Positions 26,902 to 40,008 of a stretch of 64,000 nucleotides of DNA are shown here, in pieces (positions within the stretch are counted from its first letter, which is position 1; every line of letters begins with the position of its first letter). A program made the translations under genes and the position numbers. The stretch covers positions 39,184,001 to 39,248,000 of the forward strand of contig NC_043005.1 of the NCBI RefSeq assembly GCF_006345805.1, given 5' to 3'. Under the pieces are notes generated by a model. It was given only the letters and a program-made list of their open reading frames with translations. It made no database searches and was not told where the DNA came from. The stretch comes from Octopus sinensis (Eukaryota).

Positions 26902-27168
26902 TGATATTTCTAGGACATTTATAAAGAGAAAGGTGATCTTATAGCTGTTTCAGGGACATAAATGATATTCCCATCATCATAGACAAGTTAAGAGAATTTC
27001 AATAGAAGGAATCAGTAAGAGTTCATTATATAAGAAGTTATTTTGGGAAGGGAGAGATGCAAAAATTATAAAAGGGAAACTCTCTTAACTCTGATGATGG
27101 GATATCATTTATTTCCTTGAAACAGCGGTGAGATCACCTTTCTCTTTATAGATCTCCTAGAAATATCA
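26902..27168. mobile_element. Second inverted pair of HHR-family-2 repeats
   Basis: 26902-26995 is the reverse complement of 27081-27168. Same sequence family as 7596-8223 (ctgatgatgggatat..gaaacagc). Confidence 0.7.
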
Positions 27169-27677
27169 CATTGCGTTGGACTCGTAATCCTATTTTATTT
27201 AACATATACACGCTCACACACGACCCGCCCTAGATTCCTCACTCATACTTATATTGAACCGGAAGTTTAACAGCGATCCTTCTGTATCACTTACAGCTTT
27301 ACCTGCCTTTTGGGTCTTCTGAATACCAAAACCTCTTATATAGATTATATATATGATATGTTGTTTAATGTACACAGTATATAGTTATGAGATACAAATA
27401 CTTTCATACACTAACGGTAATACCTAGGCAGGTTTTAAAACAACCCTAACGTCTCTAATTAACTTTCAGGCTCTGGTCACATGGCCTATACAAGTCCAGA
27501 TTTGTAAATTCAATATTTTCGAAGTATGAAATTATCAGTAGCTCATAACTATCTGTTGTGTGCATTAAGGTATATTTATCTCTCACCAGATGGAGTACGT
27601 TTTGTTGATCTTAATTTAAGGAAACTGTAAGTTACACATACACATACATACACTCATACACTCACATACGCAAATAC

Positions 27678-27777
<100 letters not shown>

Positions 27778-27816
27778 ATGTTATAATATCTTGTTGTTGA
27801 GAGAGGCCCTCTCTTT

Positions 27817-27899
27817 CTTTCCTGATGAAAAGATTGCATTTTACACCGTTTATTCCTTTGGAATAGAACCAATGTTGTCTTCGAAACATATGTCGAAAG
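27817..27899 (+). ncRNA. Candidate type I hammerhead ribozyme with long stem II (family 3)
   Basis: CUUUC-CUGAUGA-[aagauugcauu..uauucc/uuu/ggaaua..aauguugucuuc]-GAAAC-AUAU-GUC-GAAAG. Stem I CUUUC/GAAAG is perfect with a GUC cleavage site; the base of stem II is imperfect. Confidence 0.6.
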
Positions 27900-28107
27900 T
27901 AAAAGAATTTTATTAAAATCTTCGTTCAACTCTATTTATTTATTTATTCATAATACACAAATTACTGCACATTAACCCGGAGTTTCTACCTTTGAATAGG
28001 TTGCTTCAACCGTGTTACTGGCGTGAATTTTGCTACCCTGGTAACGGTTTATTGAATTTTCCTTGTTAACGGTAAACAAATGATAATTCATTCATCTATT
28101 TATATAA

Positions 28108-28172
<65 letters not shown>

Positions 28173-31100
28173 TGTGTATATATATAAACGGGTAAGCACA
28201 GTTATGCTGAGGTTGCCTATGTACTCCGTCTCCGAATCGTGGGTTTGATTGTTTACCTGGCAATTAAACAGCTCTATATGCGTTTTCGCCCTTTCCACCA
28301 CGACACCAGTGTTGTCCAGAGACACCCATGGATGGAAGTAATAAACCTTTCAGCTCTTGAGCACGTACTTTATGTCTTAGTGTTAGAATCAGATGCTGCG
28401 ACTCTGGGACAATTGGTTCTTTTACGTTCAATCCACGTCCTTGCTGCACCACTCATCTTCTTTCTTCAGACAGATGTAATGTTTTGCATCCTGAGCGGCT
28501 TCCGACAATCTTTTGACATCTTCTTTTCTCTCCTTCACAGTTAGTCCAAAATTCCTCAGCAGCGAACTAACACTGGTTCTAACTAATCCTCTAACACCTA
28601 TCTCAACAAGTAGGTATATTAATTACCATCCATTTTACAGTATATAGAGAATTATATGTGCTTTCACAGCAGCAACAGAGCAGTTAACCTCTTATTTCTA
28701 GCAGTGTAGATGTTCATTGTTTACCTTTTTGGTGAAAAATTATTAGAATTGGGAATCACATGTGAAAATACCATCAAGAAGCTAGCAGAAGACCGCTCGA
28801 AGGTCTTTCTACTAGTATGTGTATATATATATATATATTTATATATATACATATATATACATACATACATACAACATACATACATACATACATACATACA
28901 TACATACATACATACATACATACATACATACATACATACATACATACATACATACATACATACATGTATATTTACATACTTATATATCATACATGCATAT
29001 ATACATCAAACCGACATTAGGTTATTTACGAATTAGGACAAAGTATGAACAAGTATTTTCTCAAAGACACTATGAGGAAAGAAATATTAAATATGAAGCG
29101 TAGATGGCAGTAAAATTTTCACATATGGAACAAATGACATCAAGAAGGCTGTTATATATACACTTTATTAGACATTTTCATTCGATAAAAAATAATATAA
29201 ATATCTAAAAGGAAAATATAATCGTGAAGAAGAATTAAGCGTAAAAGTAATATTATTTGATGCGTTAACGATTTTGAAGATTTTTCACTGCATTGTAGGA
29301 ATTTACACTGAAGGGCATAGAAACATATTGAATAAACCTTCACTTCGATATGAATGTATGTGATGTTTTTGGTATATGTTATCCCGAAGCAAATAAACTT
29401 GATAATAGACAACATATTTTTCTTCATTTTTTCATGTTCTTCCAAACATTTTCATATGAAAATTTGGTTTGCAGATTTCAGATGTTTTTATCGAATTAAA
29501 AACGCTGAAAATTTAAAACGACATACAGAATGACATTTTCCTGATAGAAATTTAATCGGCTGTTTGATCAGAGGCTTAACAATTTTCTTATGTTGTTGTT
29601 GTTGTTGCTTTTTAGTATTGGAAACATTTATAGAAAATGTCCGTGCAATCTGCATGTTTATTCAATATACTATCAAATTGATAACAAATTCCGCTAGCAA
29701 CTATTCACATACGTAAGCAACCCTGCAGCTAAAATAATTGTATTCTTTCTCTTTATGAGTTAATGTAGATACAAGTCACGTACATTAAAAACATGTTCAC
29801 ATGTTCATGATCATGGGCCTGGACATATGATTAAATAAGAAGTCGTTTTTAGTTATGAACTTCAGAAAGGACTATTGTCGCATTTTCACGCCAAGTTTTC
29901 TCAACCAACTGCTAGCGTGACTTGGTTTAAATTTCCAGATATCAATGATACTTCATAAGTAATTATATCTACAATATTCCACAAATGAAGACAGATCTAA
30001 TAGAAATTAACAAGTCTAGTCTTTAATATTCAATGTGTAAAAGCATGATCCAAATTATTTTATATTTCAGTCTACATAATATTTAATATGTATATATAAA
30101 AGTGTGTGTGCGTGTTTAAGCATAATCCAAAGTGATTTTCACTCATCACTGTCTTATACTATGAGCTGTACGATTTAACATCCCTTATTCCACTCAATTT
30201 TGTAATACATCTATTCTCATTTTGGTGTCTGGCATCAAAATAAACGTGTTAAATGAATCAGTATTAAATTAATAATATAACATATAATTGGAGTTAGATT
30301 TCGTTCTGATTATTGTGTTCTCATCAAATGTCCTGATCATTGTGGGTGGTCACTGAGACCTGCTTTTGCGGCTCATGCAGAATCTCTGGCTGATCGCCGA
30401 CGCCTGTTATTACAGATCAATATGTGATAATCGTAACACTGTTCCTGGCGCACCATCTTATTCAGGACCAGTGAAGAATGAATCCGCGATGAACATTGAT
30501 TTTCATCCTTTGGGTTCAATAAAATAAAGTAACAGTTAAGTACTGAGCTTCATGGGATCGACAAAACCCCTCCTCCAAGACTGCAGACTTCATAACTAAA
30601 TTATAAAACATTTTAATCTTATCCTTAGAACTGATTGTCTGTGTGTCCATTCAATCTGTTATTGAATTAATAAACCCTGTAGAAACCCACTTCCACGATA
30701 AAATACAGAGATCCATGACGACTAAAATAATAATAGTTCCTCTCCGTAAAGCAAAGGTCAACAACGTGGTCAATATTGACCACTGAGGTAGGGATTTATG
30801 TGGCTATCTATCGCGTTCATAAACACTTGAAATGATTTTTAGTATTAAGGTTGTGGAATTATTTCCAAACTGAATCTGAAACAGCAAGGGCATTTAAGGC
30901 TAAAACTTACTAGTATGGAACCAAATATCGATCCAGGAACTTAGCATTCTCTAAACACATATTTCACATCAAATATTCCGACTATATCAATATGACTGAT
31001 TTTTTAGTGTTTTTTATCCATTTCGTCAAGTATTTTAATTAAAATTCTTTGAATATTTCTGAAAATATCCTTTGAATACTTCTTAAACGGTAACGATCCA

Positions 31101-31658
31101 AAAGACCGAAGAAATTATTGCTTTTAAAGTAAGAATTTGTTTTAATAAATATACTTTTTTTCTATTTCCCTTTAGAAATATCCATGATGGTGAGTCGATA
31201 ACTCATTAACGATCTCATACAGAAGTCTATGACAAGGAGTTTGTTGATTTCTGGATTAGAGGGAGTGAAGTTGAGATATTAATTTCGGGGTATTTAACCC
31301 ACAGATGTAGCAACTCATAACTTTTACTAGTAGTTAGAGATTGTTCATTCATACCAGTACATCAGAATTATTGTGATTTAGAACACTTCAATTTGTTATT
31401 TGGAGGAAACATATAGTGTTTATGGGTGAACACGCAAAATTTTCATAGGCTGTTTCCATTGATGTCTATGAATATTTTTTTACAAAAGAAGCGTTCAATT
31501 GTTATCTAAAGAACTGCGAATAATCTACTCTCTCTCTCTCTCTCGAAGCGTCAAAGACTTCTCCATTCTTCCTGAACGTCAGACTAGTACACTTGTTTGT
31601 CGTTCCCTCACTGGTCTTTGTCTTTTGTTTTCCGAACATTTGAAACACACAAGCACAC

Positions 31659-31720
<62 letters not shown>

Positions 31721-31777
31721 CATTATTGGTGAATTGAAGAAATGGAGCTGAACGCAGATTGAACAGAAATCGTTTTA

Positions 31778-31866
31778 TTTCATTCTACACGTGTTTCGAA
31801 AGGTACAAATTACCAAAATCCGATTGAATAATGGGACCATATTGTGTCTTTCTCTTCAGGAAGAAA
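31778..31866 (-). ncRNA. Complete type I hammerhead ribozyme (family 4), left arm
   Basis: Mirror copy of 32001-32088 on the minus strand, with an identical core. Confidence 0.8.
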
Positions 31867-32000
31867 AAGGAAGTCCGTTGGAAAAACAAAAACAGAACAG
31901 AGGCGAAACTCTGAGTTTCGCCATGGGCTCTTAGGAGCATAGTTCGATTTGTTTTTGCTCCGCCTCTGTTCTGTTTTTGTTTTTCCAACGGACTTCCTTT

Positions 32001-32088
32001 TTTCTTCCTGAAGAGAAAGACACAATATGGTCCCATTATTCAATCGGATTTTGGTAATTGTACCTTTCGAAACACGTGTAGAATGAAA
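32001..32088 (+). ncRNA. Complete type I hammerhead ribozyme (family 4), right arm
   Basis: UUUCUUC-CUGAAGA-GAAAG..(acaau/auugu)..CUUUC-GAAAC-ACGU-GUA-GAAUGAAA. Canonical core, G10.1-C11.1 pair, palindromic ACACGUGU stem III, GUA cleavage site, stem I with one bulge. Confidence 0.8.
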
Positions 32089-32421
32089 TAAAACGATTTC
32101 TGTTCAATCTGCGTTCAGCTCCATTTCTTCAATTCACCAATAATGTTTTAATTTCAATTATCCGCACCAACGCACGGTTGCAACGCCAGATGGTTGTACC
32201 TCCAACCGTGCTGTTTACTGCTGTGATTTTTGCTACTAAGGTATCGGTTAAACTTTTGATTAATCTACTACAAGATTATTCATCTTTCTATTTCACATAA
32301 TTATATATATATATAAATATATATACATAAATAAATATATATATAAATGTATATATATATATACATAGCTCTAACCCTATATATATATATATATGTATAT
32401 ATGTATATATATATATAAATA

Positions 32422-32507
<86 letters not shown>

Positions 32508-34248
32508 CATACAAACGTTTATACATATATACCACAGAAAGGAATGCAGGAAGAAACAAGGAGAGAAAATAAAGAATGTGTAGTGGCTAACGATCTATCA
32601 TGGCGAATGCCGGACAGAGGGGTCACACAGGAGAGCTAGGAAGAAGGGGAGATAATAAAGTAGTGGTGTTCCCAAAATGAATGTGCGCGTGCGTATCTAT
32701 AAGAGAGTATTATATGCGTGGGCAGTACTAGTGTGTGCGTGGTGCATACACACATATTTAATTGATTTTTGCTTTTGTAATTATACTATCATTAGATTGA
32801 AAATTCTAAAATTACTAAAAATACTAAGTCTATTATCTCTCTGTGATCTCATACTTTAGAGGCAATTGAGTACTCCACTTTTCATAAAACTCCTAATGTA
32901 ACTTACACTGAGAATAAAATGGTTATGTGTCATTCCCAGATGATCTAGTCTCAGATTTTATTGAGTAGCTCGGGAGATTGCCTCCGATAAGTTATAAAGC
33001 ACGCAGAAGTTTAACAGTATTTACCATCTGAAGTGTTTATTTTGTATTTCTTTTATCATGTTTTCCATATTTTCATTTATGTGCTTCGTCTTTTTTTTTG
33101 GCTACATTTACGTGTTTCTGATTGTTTGTTTTTATTATTATTTTGTGTATCTGGTTTTTAATTTAATCTGTCTTAAAATATTGCATTGCAAATTAAGTAT
33201 TTTAAAGTGGAGAAAAAATGTCGGAACTATAATTGCTTTGCGACATTTATTCCGGCTCTTTACATTCAAATACCGCAGAACTCAACATTGATTTTCATCC
33301 TTTGGGTTCAATAAAATAAAGTAACAGTTAAGTACTGAGCTTCATGGGATCGGCAAAACCCCTCCTCCAAAACTGCAGACTTCGCAACTAAATTATAAAA
33401 CATTTTGTATTAAATATTTTTAGCACAAACTGCTTTCATAGAAAATTAAGTAAGGTTTAATGTAGTTAGAAAACATTTTGTCATGTCGGTGACTAGTTAT
33501 GTGAACGTGTTTAGCGTGCCATGAAAGCAGAATCAATAAGAAATAACAAAAGAATTGCATTAGAAAGCAAATAGCCCGATTTCAAGCCAGTTTTGAAGAG
33601 CAAATGTAAAAAGACAACATAATGTGTAATAAGCTGAAAATTCACACGTCAATTTCGTTGACAAAATATTATTCGCATTGTCAGAACTAAGGAGTATGTT
33701 CGTGGACACTACTAGCAATCGGAAGTGGGACGATGGTCTTTCAGCACATGTTTTTCACGGACCATGATAGATATAAGCTACTTGGTTCCATAAAGTTTTC
33801 TACCACCATTGTGTCCATTTGTTTGGTGACGCCTTGGGCCTGGAGACAATTGGATTTAGCACCAAGAGATGGACGGTGAAGAATACGAGAAAACTAAAAT
33901 AAGCAGCTTAACCTCTGACAAGCTTTAAGTGAATGTGCAAAAGGTAAATCGACTAATTTGCATGCGCTGCCCTCCAAGCTTTCTGGCTACATGCCAGATT
34001 TATCGACCCTACTGTTGGCAGTAGTCTACCGTATCTGGAAAGATTACCATCTGTGTAAACAAGCGATAGAGTGTACATACATGGAAGGAGGCGTAAAAGA
34101 ACGAATTTCTCGACAAGTTATGGCCCATAAGTCTGTAAAATACAGAGTTTTAATTTTTGTAGATATATTCGTAGACAGGACAGAGCTTGAAAATGCTTCT
34201 CAGTGCCACCAATTTCAGACCTGTTTTCATTATTATTATTATTATTAT

Positions 34249-34909
<661 letters not shown>

Positions 34910-34983
34910 ACGTTTTATTGTTGCTAACTATTTCTATTAAAGTTTTGACCGGAAAGAAAGGTTAAATCATCAAAAACACACAT

Positions 34984-35059
<76 letters not shown>

Positions 35060-35061
<2 letters not shown>

Positions 35062-35265
35062 ATCCAAACAAGAAAACAAAAAAACACAACAACGCGAGGA
35101 CGTGGAACAAATATAGTATTATTGGACGCTCAGGAAAGAAGGAAAGAAGGAGGGTTTAACGTTTCGAGCGGAGCTCTTCGTCGGAAACACAGGAGAAGGA
35201 AAGATCCAGAGAAGGGAAGACAGAGGAAAACAAATCGCCAACAGTACACACGAGGTCACATTTTG
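35060..35265 (-). mobile_element. PLE-type terminal repeat fragment with a variant minimal hammerhead (35154-35188), in (TA)n
   Basis: Minus strand GUUU-CCGACGA-A-GAGC(ucc)GCUC-GAAA-CG-UU-AAAC. All three stems form, but U4 is C. Confidence 0.55.
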
Positions 35266-35311
35266 TATATATATATATATACATATATATTTTGTATATA
35301 TATATACATAC

Positions 35312-35364
<53 letters not shown>

Positions 35365-35377
35365 GATAGATAGATAT

Positions 35378-35461
<84 letters not shown>

Positions 35462-35789
35462 ATAAGTATGATATGTATGCGTATTTGTGTGTGTGTGTTT
35501 ATGGTGGCGACAGTGGTGAGTGTTAAGAAACAAAGAACCGATAAGTGAAATCATGTCTATTCTTTCTTAAGAAAATCTTGTCATCCTCACTATAATCTTC
35601 AGACTCTATACCTCAGATTTCTGCGATAGTAAATAGGCACGAGATGTCGACCAAAGAAAAATATCCTAAAAGATAGTCATGTGAAGTGATGAAAGCAGGA
35701 CTATACATGATTAACAAGGTTGCTACTTAATCATATTTTCTACCTGTACACAAACACACTTGCCAGTTAGCGCTGTCATATCTAACTAG

Positions 35790-36212
<423 letters not shown>

Positions 36213-36513
36213 GATGCCTATACAGTTTTATGTTTGTTATTGCTTATTTACGTATTTATTTATTTATATATTTATTTACCGATTTATTTCATTTCAGCAA
36301 GAACATTTCCAAAGAAATTGTCGCGGAAACAGTTTGGCTAGGGTACAAAGCATAAAAATTGAATTGACAGGTGAAAGCGTAGAATCTGTCGCCTCGAAAG
36401 ATTGTTCCGACGAGCTAATATATATGAACTCAATTTCAACTTTACATCAATCGTAAGCTGAGAAGAAAGGGACGCTTTGTCCAATATTCTGTTGTGTTAC
36501 TTTGGTGAATGTA

Positions 36514-36568
<55 letters not shown>

Positions 36569-36933
36569 CTTTTCTAAACCATATATACTTAGAATTCAAT
36601 AATATCATCATTTGATGGTAGATTGTTGAGTGTGATCTGTATGTGGTGTATTAAGGGAAGGAGCGAGGGTGAAGGCCAAATGTCTCCAAGCAGACACAAA
36701 TAAAATTTAAGTAGTTTGATCTCCGGATTTGAAAAGAGAGAAAAATAAATACTCTTTCCAAAGAAGATAATATATTACTTTTTTATGTGGATTTTTTTTA
36801 TATGGATTCCTGACTGTATACAGCTACACATGCGCAAACAGCAATACACAACACGTTGAACGAAACATTCAAACATAACTGGGTGCACATAATTTCACAT
36901 ACATACACTCACACACACACTCACACGTGTATC

Positions 36934-36971
<38 letters not shown>

Positions 36972-37068
36972 GGTTTATTTATTTATTTATTTATTGATAT
37001 TATATATATATCTATACACACACATATATATATTATGTATATATAATACTAATAATAGTAATAATAAC

Positions 37069-37109
<41 letters not shown>

Positions 37110-37116
<7 letters not shown>

Positions 37117-37415
37117 GATATTTTTATAAACTTAAAGCTTATAAGAGATCACCGTATATCGACTAAAGAAAGTAGTCTAATATTGGGGCATATAATCCCT
37201 CGACAGAAAGAGTAGGTTTCCAGCACGGGTGTAATTCGAAACCGCGCATCTGTGTACGTTGGTATAATGTTGGTACACTTGTCGCGAAGGTACAGATGTG
37301 TGAGTTCGAGTCCTACGCGTATTGGAAACCCACTTTTTTTCCGTTGAAGGCTTATAGATACCAACAATAGACTATTTTCTGTAGTTAAAAGTTTTAAGCT
37401 TATAAACATTTTTAT
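37110..37415. repeat. Imperfect ~300-bp inverted repeat with tRNA B-box-like motifs in both arms
   Basis: gtaggtttccagcacgggtgtaattcgaaaccgcgcatctgt versus acagatgtgtgagttcgagtcctacgcgtattggaaacccac; the outer arms also match; flanked by (TAA)n on the left and (TTA)n on the right. Confidence 0.7.
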
Positions 37416-37426
37416 TATTATTATTT

Positions 37427-37482
<56 letters not shown>

Positions 37483-37520
37483 TATTATTATAATTATTAT
37501 TATTATTATTATTTATTGTT

Positions 37521-37582
<62 letters not shown>

Positions 37583-37629
37583 CATTATTATTATTATCAT
37601 CATCATCACCATCATCATTATTATTATTC

Positions 37630-38835
37630 CTTCGTAACACAGTGTAGGTAAAAATGCACCGGAGTCTCTAGTCATTAGTCAGGTAATACTTTCCTTAAGA
37701 TGTGCACTGTGCCAAATAAGGCTGCTTTTTGTAAGACATCGATTTTGTATGGGATTTCTAGTCGCCTTAAGAAGTCTTGATCACCCCTGGTATCACTTTT
37801 ACATTACCCTCTCGATTTCTATAAAGTCTTGCCATTTCCATTTTCAATTCAGAGTACTTGGTGACTTTTTCAACCTCTTTACTCACAACGTTCATGTCAT
37901 TTGGTACGGCTACATCAATAATCTGACAGTATTTCTCAATATGACAATATCCGCCGACGGTGTTCGATTATTCGATCCGTCTGAAAATCATAGTACCAGA
38001 GTATCCTTACTTTTCCTTCCTTCTCTATGGCGTTACTTCGTACATGCTCATACAAGTTCTCTGTTACATCATACTGGTATTTACGGAATAAGAGTTTGTA
38101 TTCTTTTTGTGCAAGGCACTCATATCCACTTACCAAATGAGTCACATTTTCCGTACTTTTTCCACAGTCAGCATTTCTGGATGTCAGGAGATTTATAGCT
38201 GTTATACTTCACTGAATTGGTAGCGGGAGCCTAGTCTTCTACAACAATGATCAGGCTTTCGCTGCTACGCTTCAAATCACCCCGCTCAAGCCATGCGCAC
38301 GATGCTGTATTATCCTTAACGTCTTGTGTTTTCCTTTCAAACTGTCCATGCATTCTCATTTCTAGAAGGTCTTCTTTTCTCTTCTCCTCAGCTCTTTGGA
38401 TAAATTCTTCTTTGCCTATCATTTCATCTGCATTTACACCAACATCTTTCGCAGCATATTGCAGGAGGTCTTCATCACTATTTATCAAATACTCTGCAAG
38501 CATTCTCCTTTCTCTCTTTATACAATGGTCTATTCTAATTAGCCCTTTTCTACCATTCTTTCTTTTCATATACAGTCTATTTACGTTTGCTTTAGGGTGT
38601 AGCGCCCCATCCAGCGTAATCAACCTTCTCGTCCTTCTATTCAGTGTTGATATTTCCTCCTTATTCCATTTGAGGATGGATGCACTATATCTAACCACCG
38701 CAACTGCCCAGATATTCATTGCGGTAATCAAATTTTTTGCATTCAGGTTGGATTTCAACACCATCTTCACCCTCTTATGATACGCCTCACTGACCTTGAC
38801 TTTCATTTCTTTGTTTAGAATGTCACCCTGCTCCA
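37630..38835 (-). mobile_element. R4/Dong LINE 3' part (post-RT region, Zn knuckle, RLE), ending at a (TAA)/(ATC) tract
   Basis: ORF 38231..38806 (..KMVLKSNLNAKNLITAMNIWAVAVVRYSA..LHPKANVNRLYMKRKNGRKGL..), THLVSGYECLAQKEYK, DFQTDRIIEHRRRDI, VTKYSELK, LQKAALFGTVHILRKVL. Confidence 0.92.
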
Positions 38836-38937
38836 GAATCCCTAAATCCTTTCACTGAAAGGTGTATGTACGTGTATATGAAATGGATGTCTGTCCGTGT
38901 GCGTGCGTGTATGTGTGTGTGTGTGAGAGAGAGAGAC

Positions 38938-38968
<31 letters not shown>

Positions 38969-39177
38969 CAGAGAGAAAGAGAAAGAGAGAGGGCAGTAGA
39001 ATGAGTGAGTGAAGGTGTGTGTCGTGATGATTGATCTCTTTTAAGGTACACATACATAGGAAAAATGTGATGTCATAGTCGTTATCGTATAAAATGTTTA
39101 CGATAGTTGATTTACGGAAAAATGATCATGTTAAATTTTTAAATGCAAATATGTGAATGGAAATTAAGTTTTAGTGA

Positions 39178-39239
39178 ACCAAATCCTTGTGAGTGGATTT
39201 GATAGACGGAACCTGAAAGAAGCCCGTCGTATACATACA

Positions 39240-39323
<84 letters not shown>

Positions 39324-39666
39324 CATATATATATATATATATATCAATGGATGCGCGTATTTTTCCTTTGTTTACAATTAACACGGAAAAAATAGATAAA
39401 CAGTTACCAGGGCAGCAAAAAATCGAACAAGTATTAAGGTCGTAACACCCTTTTGGAAAGGTAGAACCTCCGGGCTGATGTGAAATATTTTGTATAATAT
39501 ATATAAATAAATAAATGGAGTTAAACGCAGGTGTTATTCAAATTCTTTTACTTCTGACATAGGTTTCGAAAAAAAAATTGGTATTATTCCAAAAGAATAA
39601 TACCAATGTTGTCTTCGAAACATATATAAGAAGTAGAATAATTTGAATAACACCTGCGTTTATATA

Positions 39667-39707
<41 letters not shown>

Positions 39708-39835
39708 CTCAAAAAGAGACCGATAGATTAGTACTAGGCTTACAAAGAATATTTCCTGTGGTTGAATTGTTCGACTAAAGGCAGTGCTCCAGCATGGCTG
39801 CAGTCAAATAACTGAAATAAGTAAAATAATAAAAT
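39178..39835 (+). mobile_element. Headless copy of the tRNA-derived SINE, split by an insertion in its internal microsatellite
   Basis: 39178-39240 matches the SINE body (ttgtgagtggatttg..aagaagcccgtcg) and 39711-39835 matches its 3' half; ~39345-39661 is foreign sequence. Confidence 0.7.
39523..39661. repeat. Imperfect palindrome made of two 3' halves of the family-3 HHR repeat
   Basis: aaacgcaggtgttattcaaat..gacataggtttcgaa / ttcgaaacatatataagaagt..atttgaataacacctgcgttt, with an inner hairpin ttggtattattc-caaaa-gaataataccaa; shares sequence with 27860-27920. Confidence 0.75.
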
Positions 39836-39879
39836 AATGTATATCTATATATATATGTATATATGTTCCAACATTTAAC

Positions 39880-40008
39880 ACTATAGTCTTTGGTAGGCCC
39901 GAAGCTATACTAAGAGACACTTGCTCATGTTGGCACGCTGGTGGGGGCTGGACTCGGAGCCATGTGTTTGGGGAGCAAGCTTCTTACCACACAGCAACGC
40001 CTGCACCT
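39880..40008 (-). mobile_element. SINE head fragment
   Basis: Matches the 5' part of 15558-15962. Confidence 0.75.

Larger units (their letters stand above)
31719..32147. repeat. Near-perfect 429-bp palindrome (two ~187-bp arms, 55-bp spacer)
   Basis: 31719-31905 is the reverse complement of 31961-32147 except for two single-base homopolymer indels I could see. Confidence 0.95.

Noticed and set aside
30766-30783. Perfect 18-bp palindrome GTGGTCAATATTGACCAC
   Set aside because: Isolated, with no supporting context or second copy.
36299-36371. Possible small exon (atttcag..ag|gtgaaa)
   Set aside because: Weak donor, no recognisable peptide, and no neighbouring exons.
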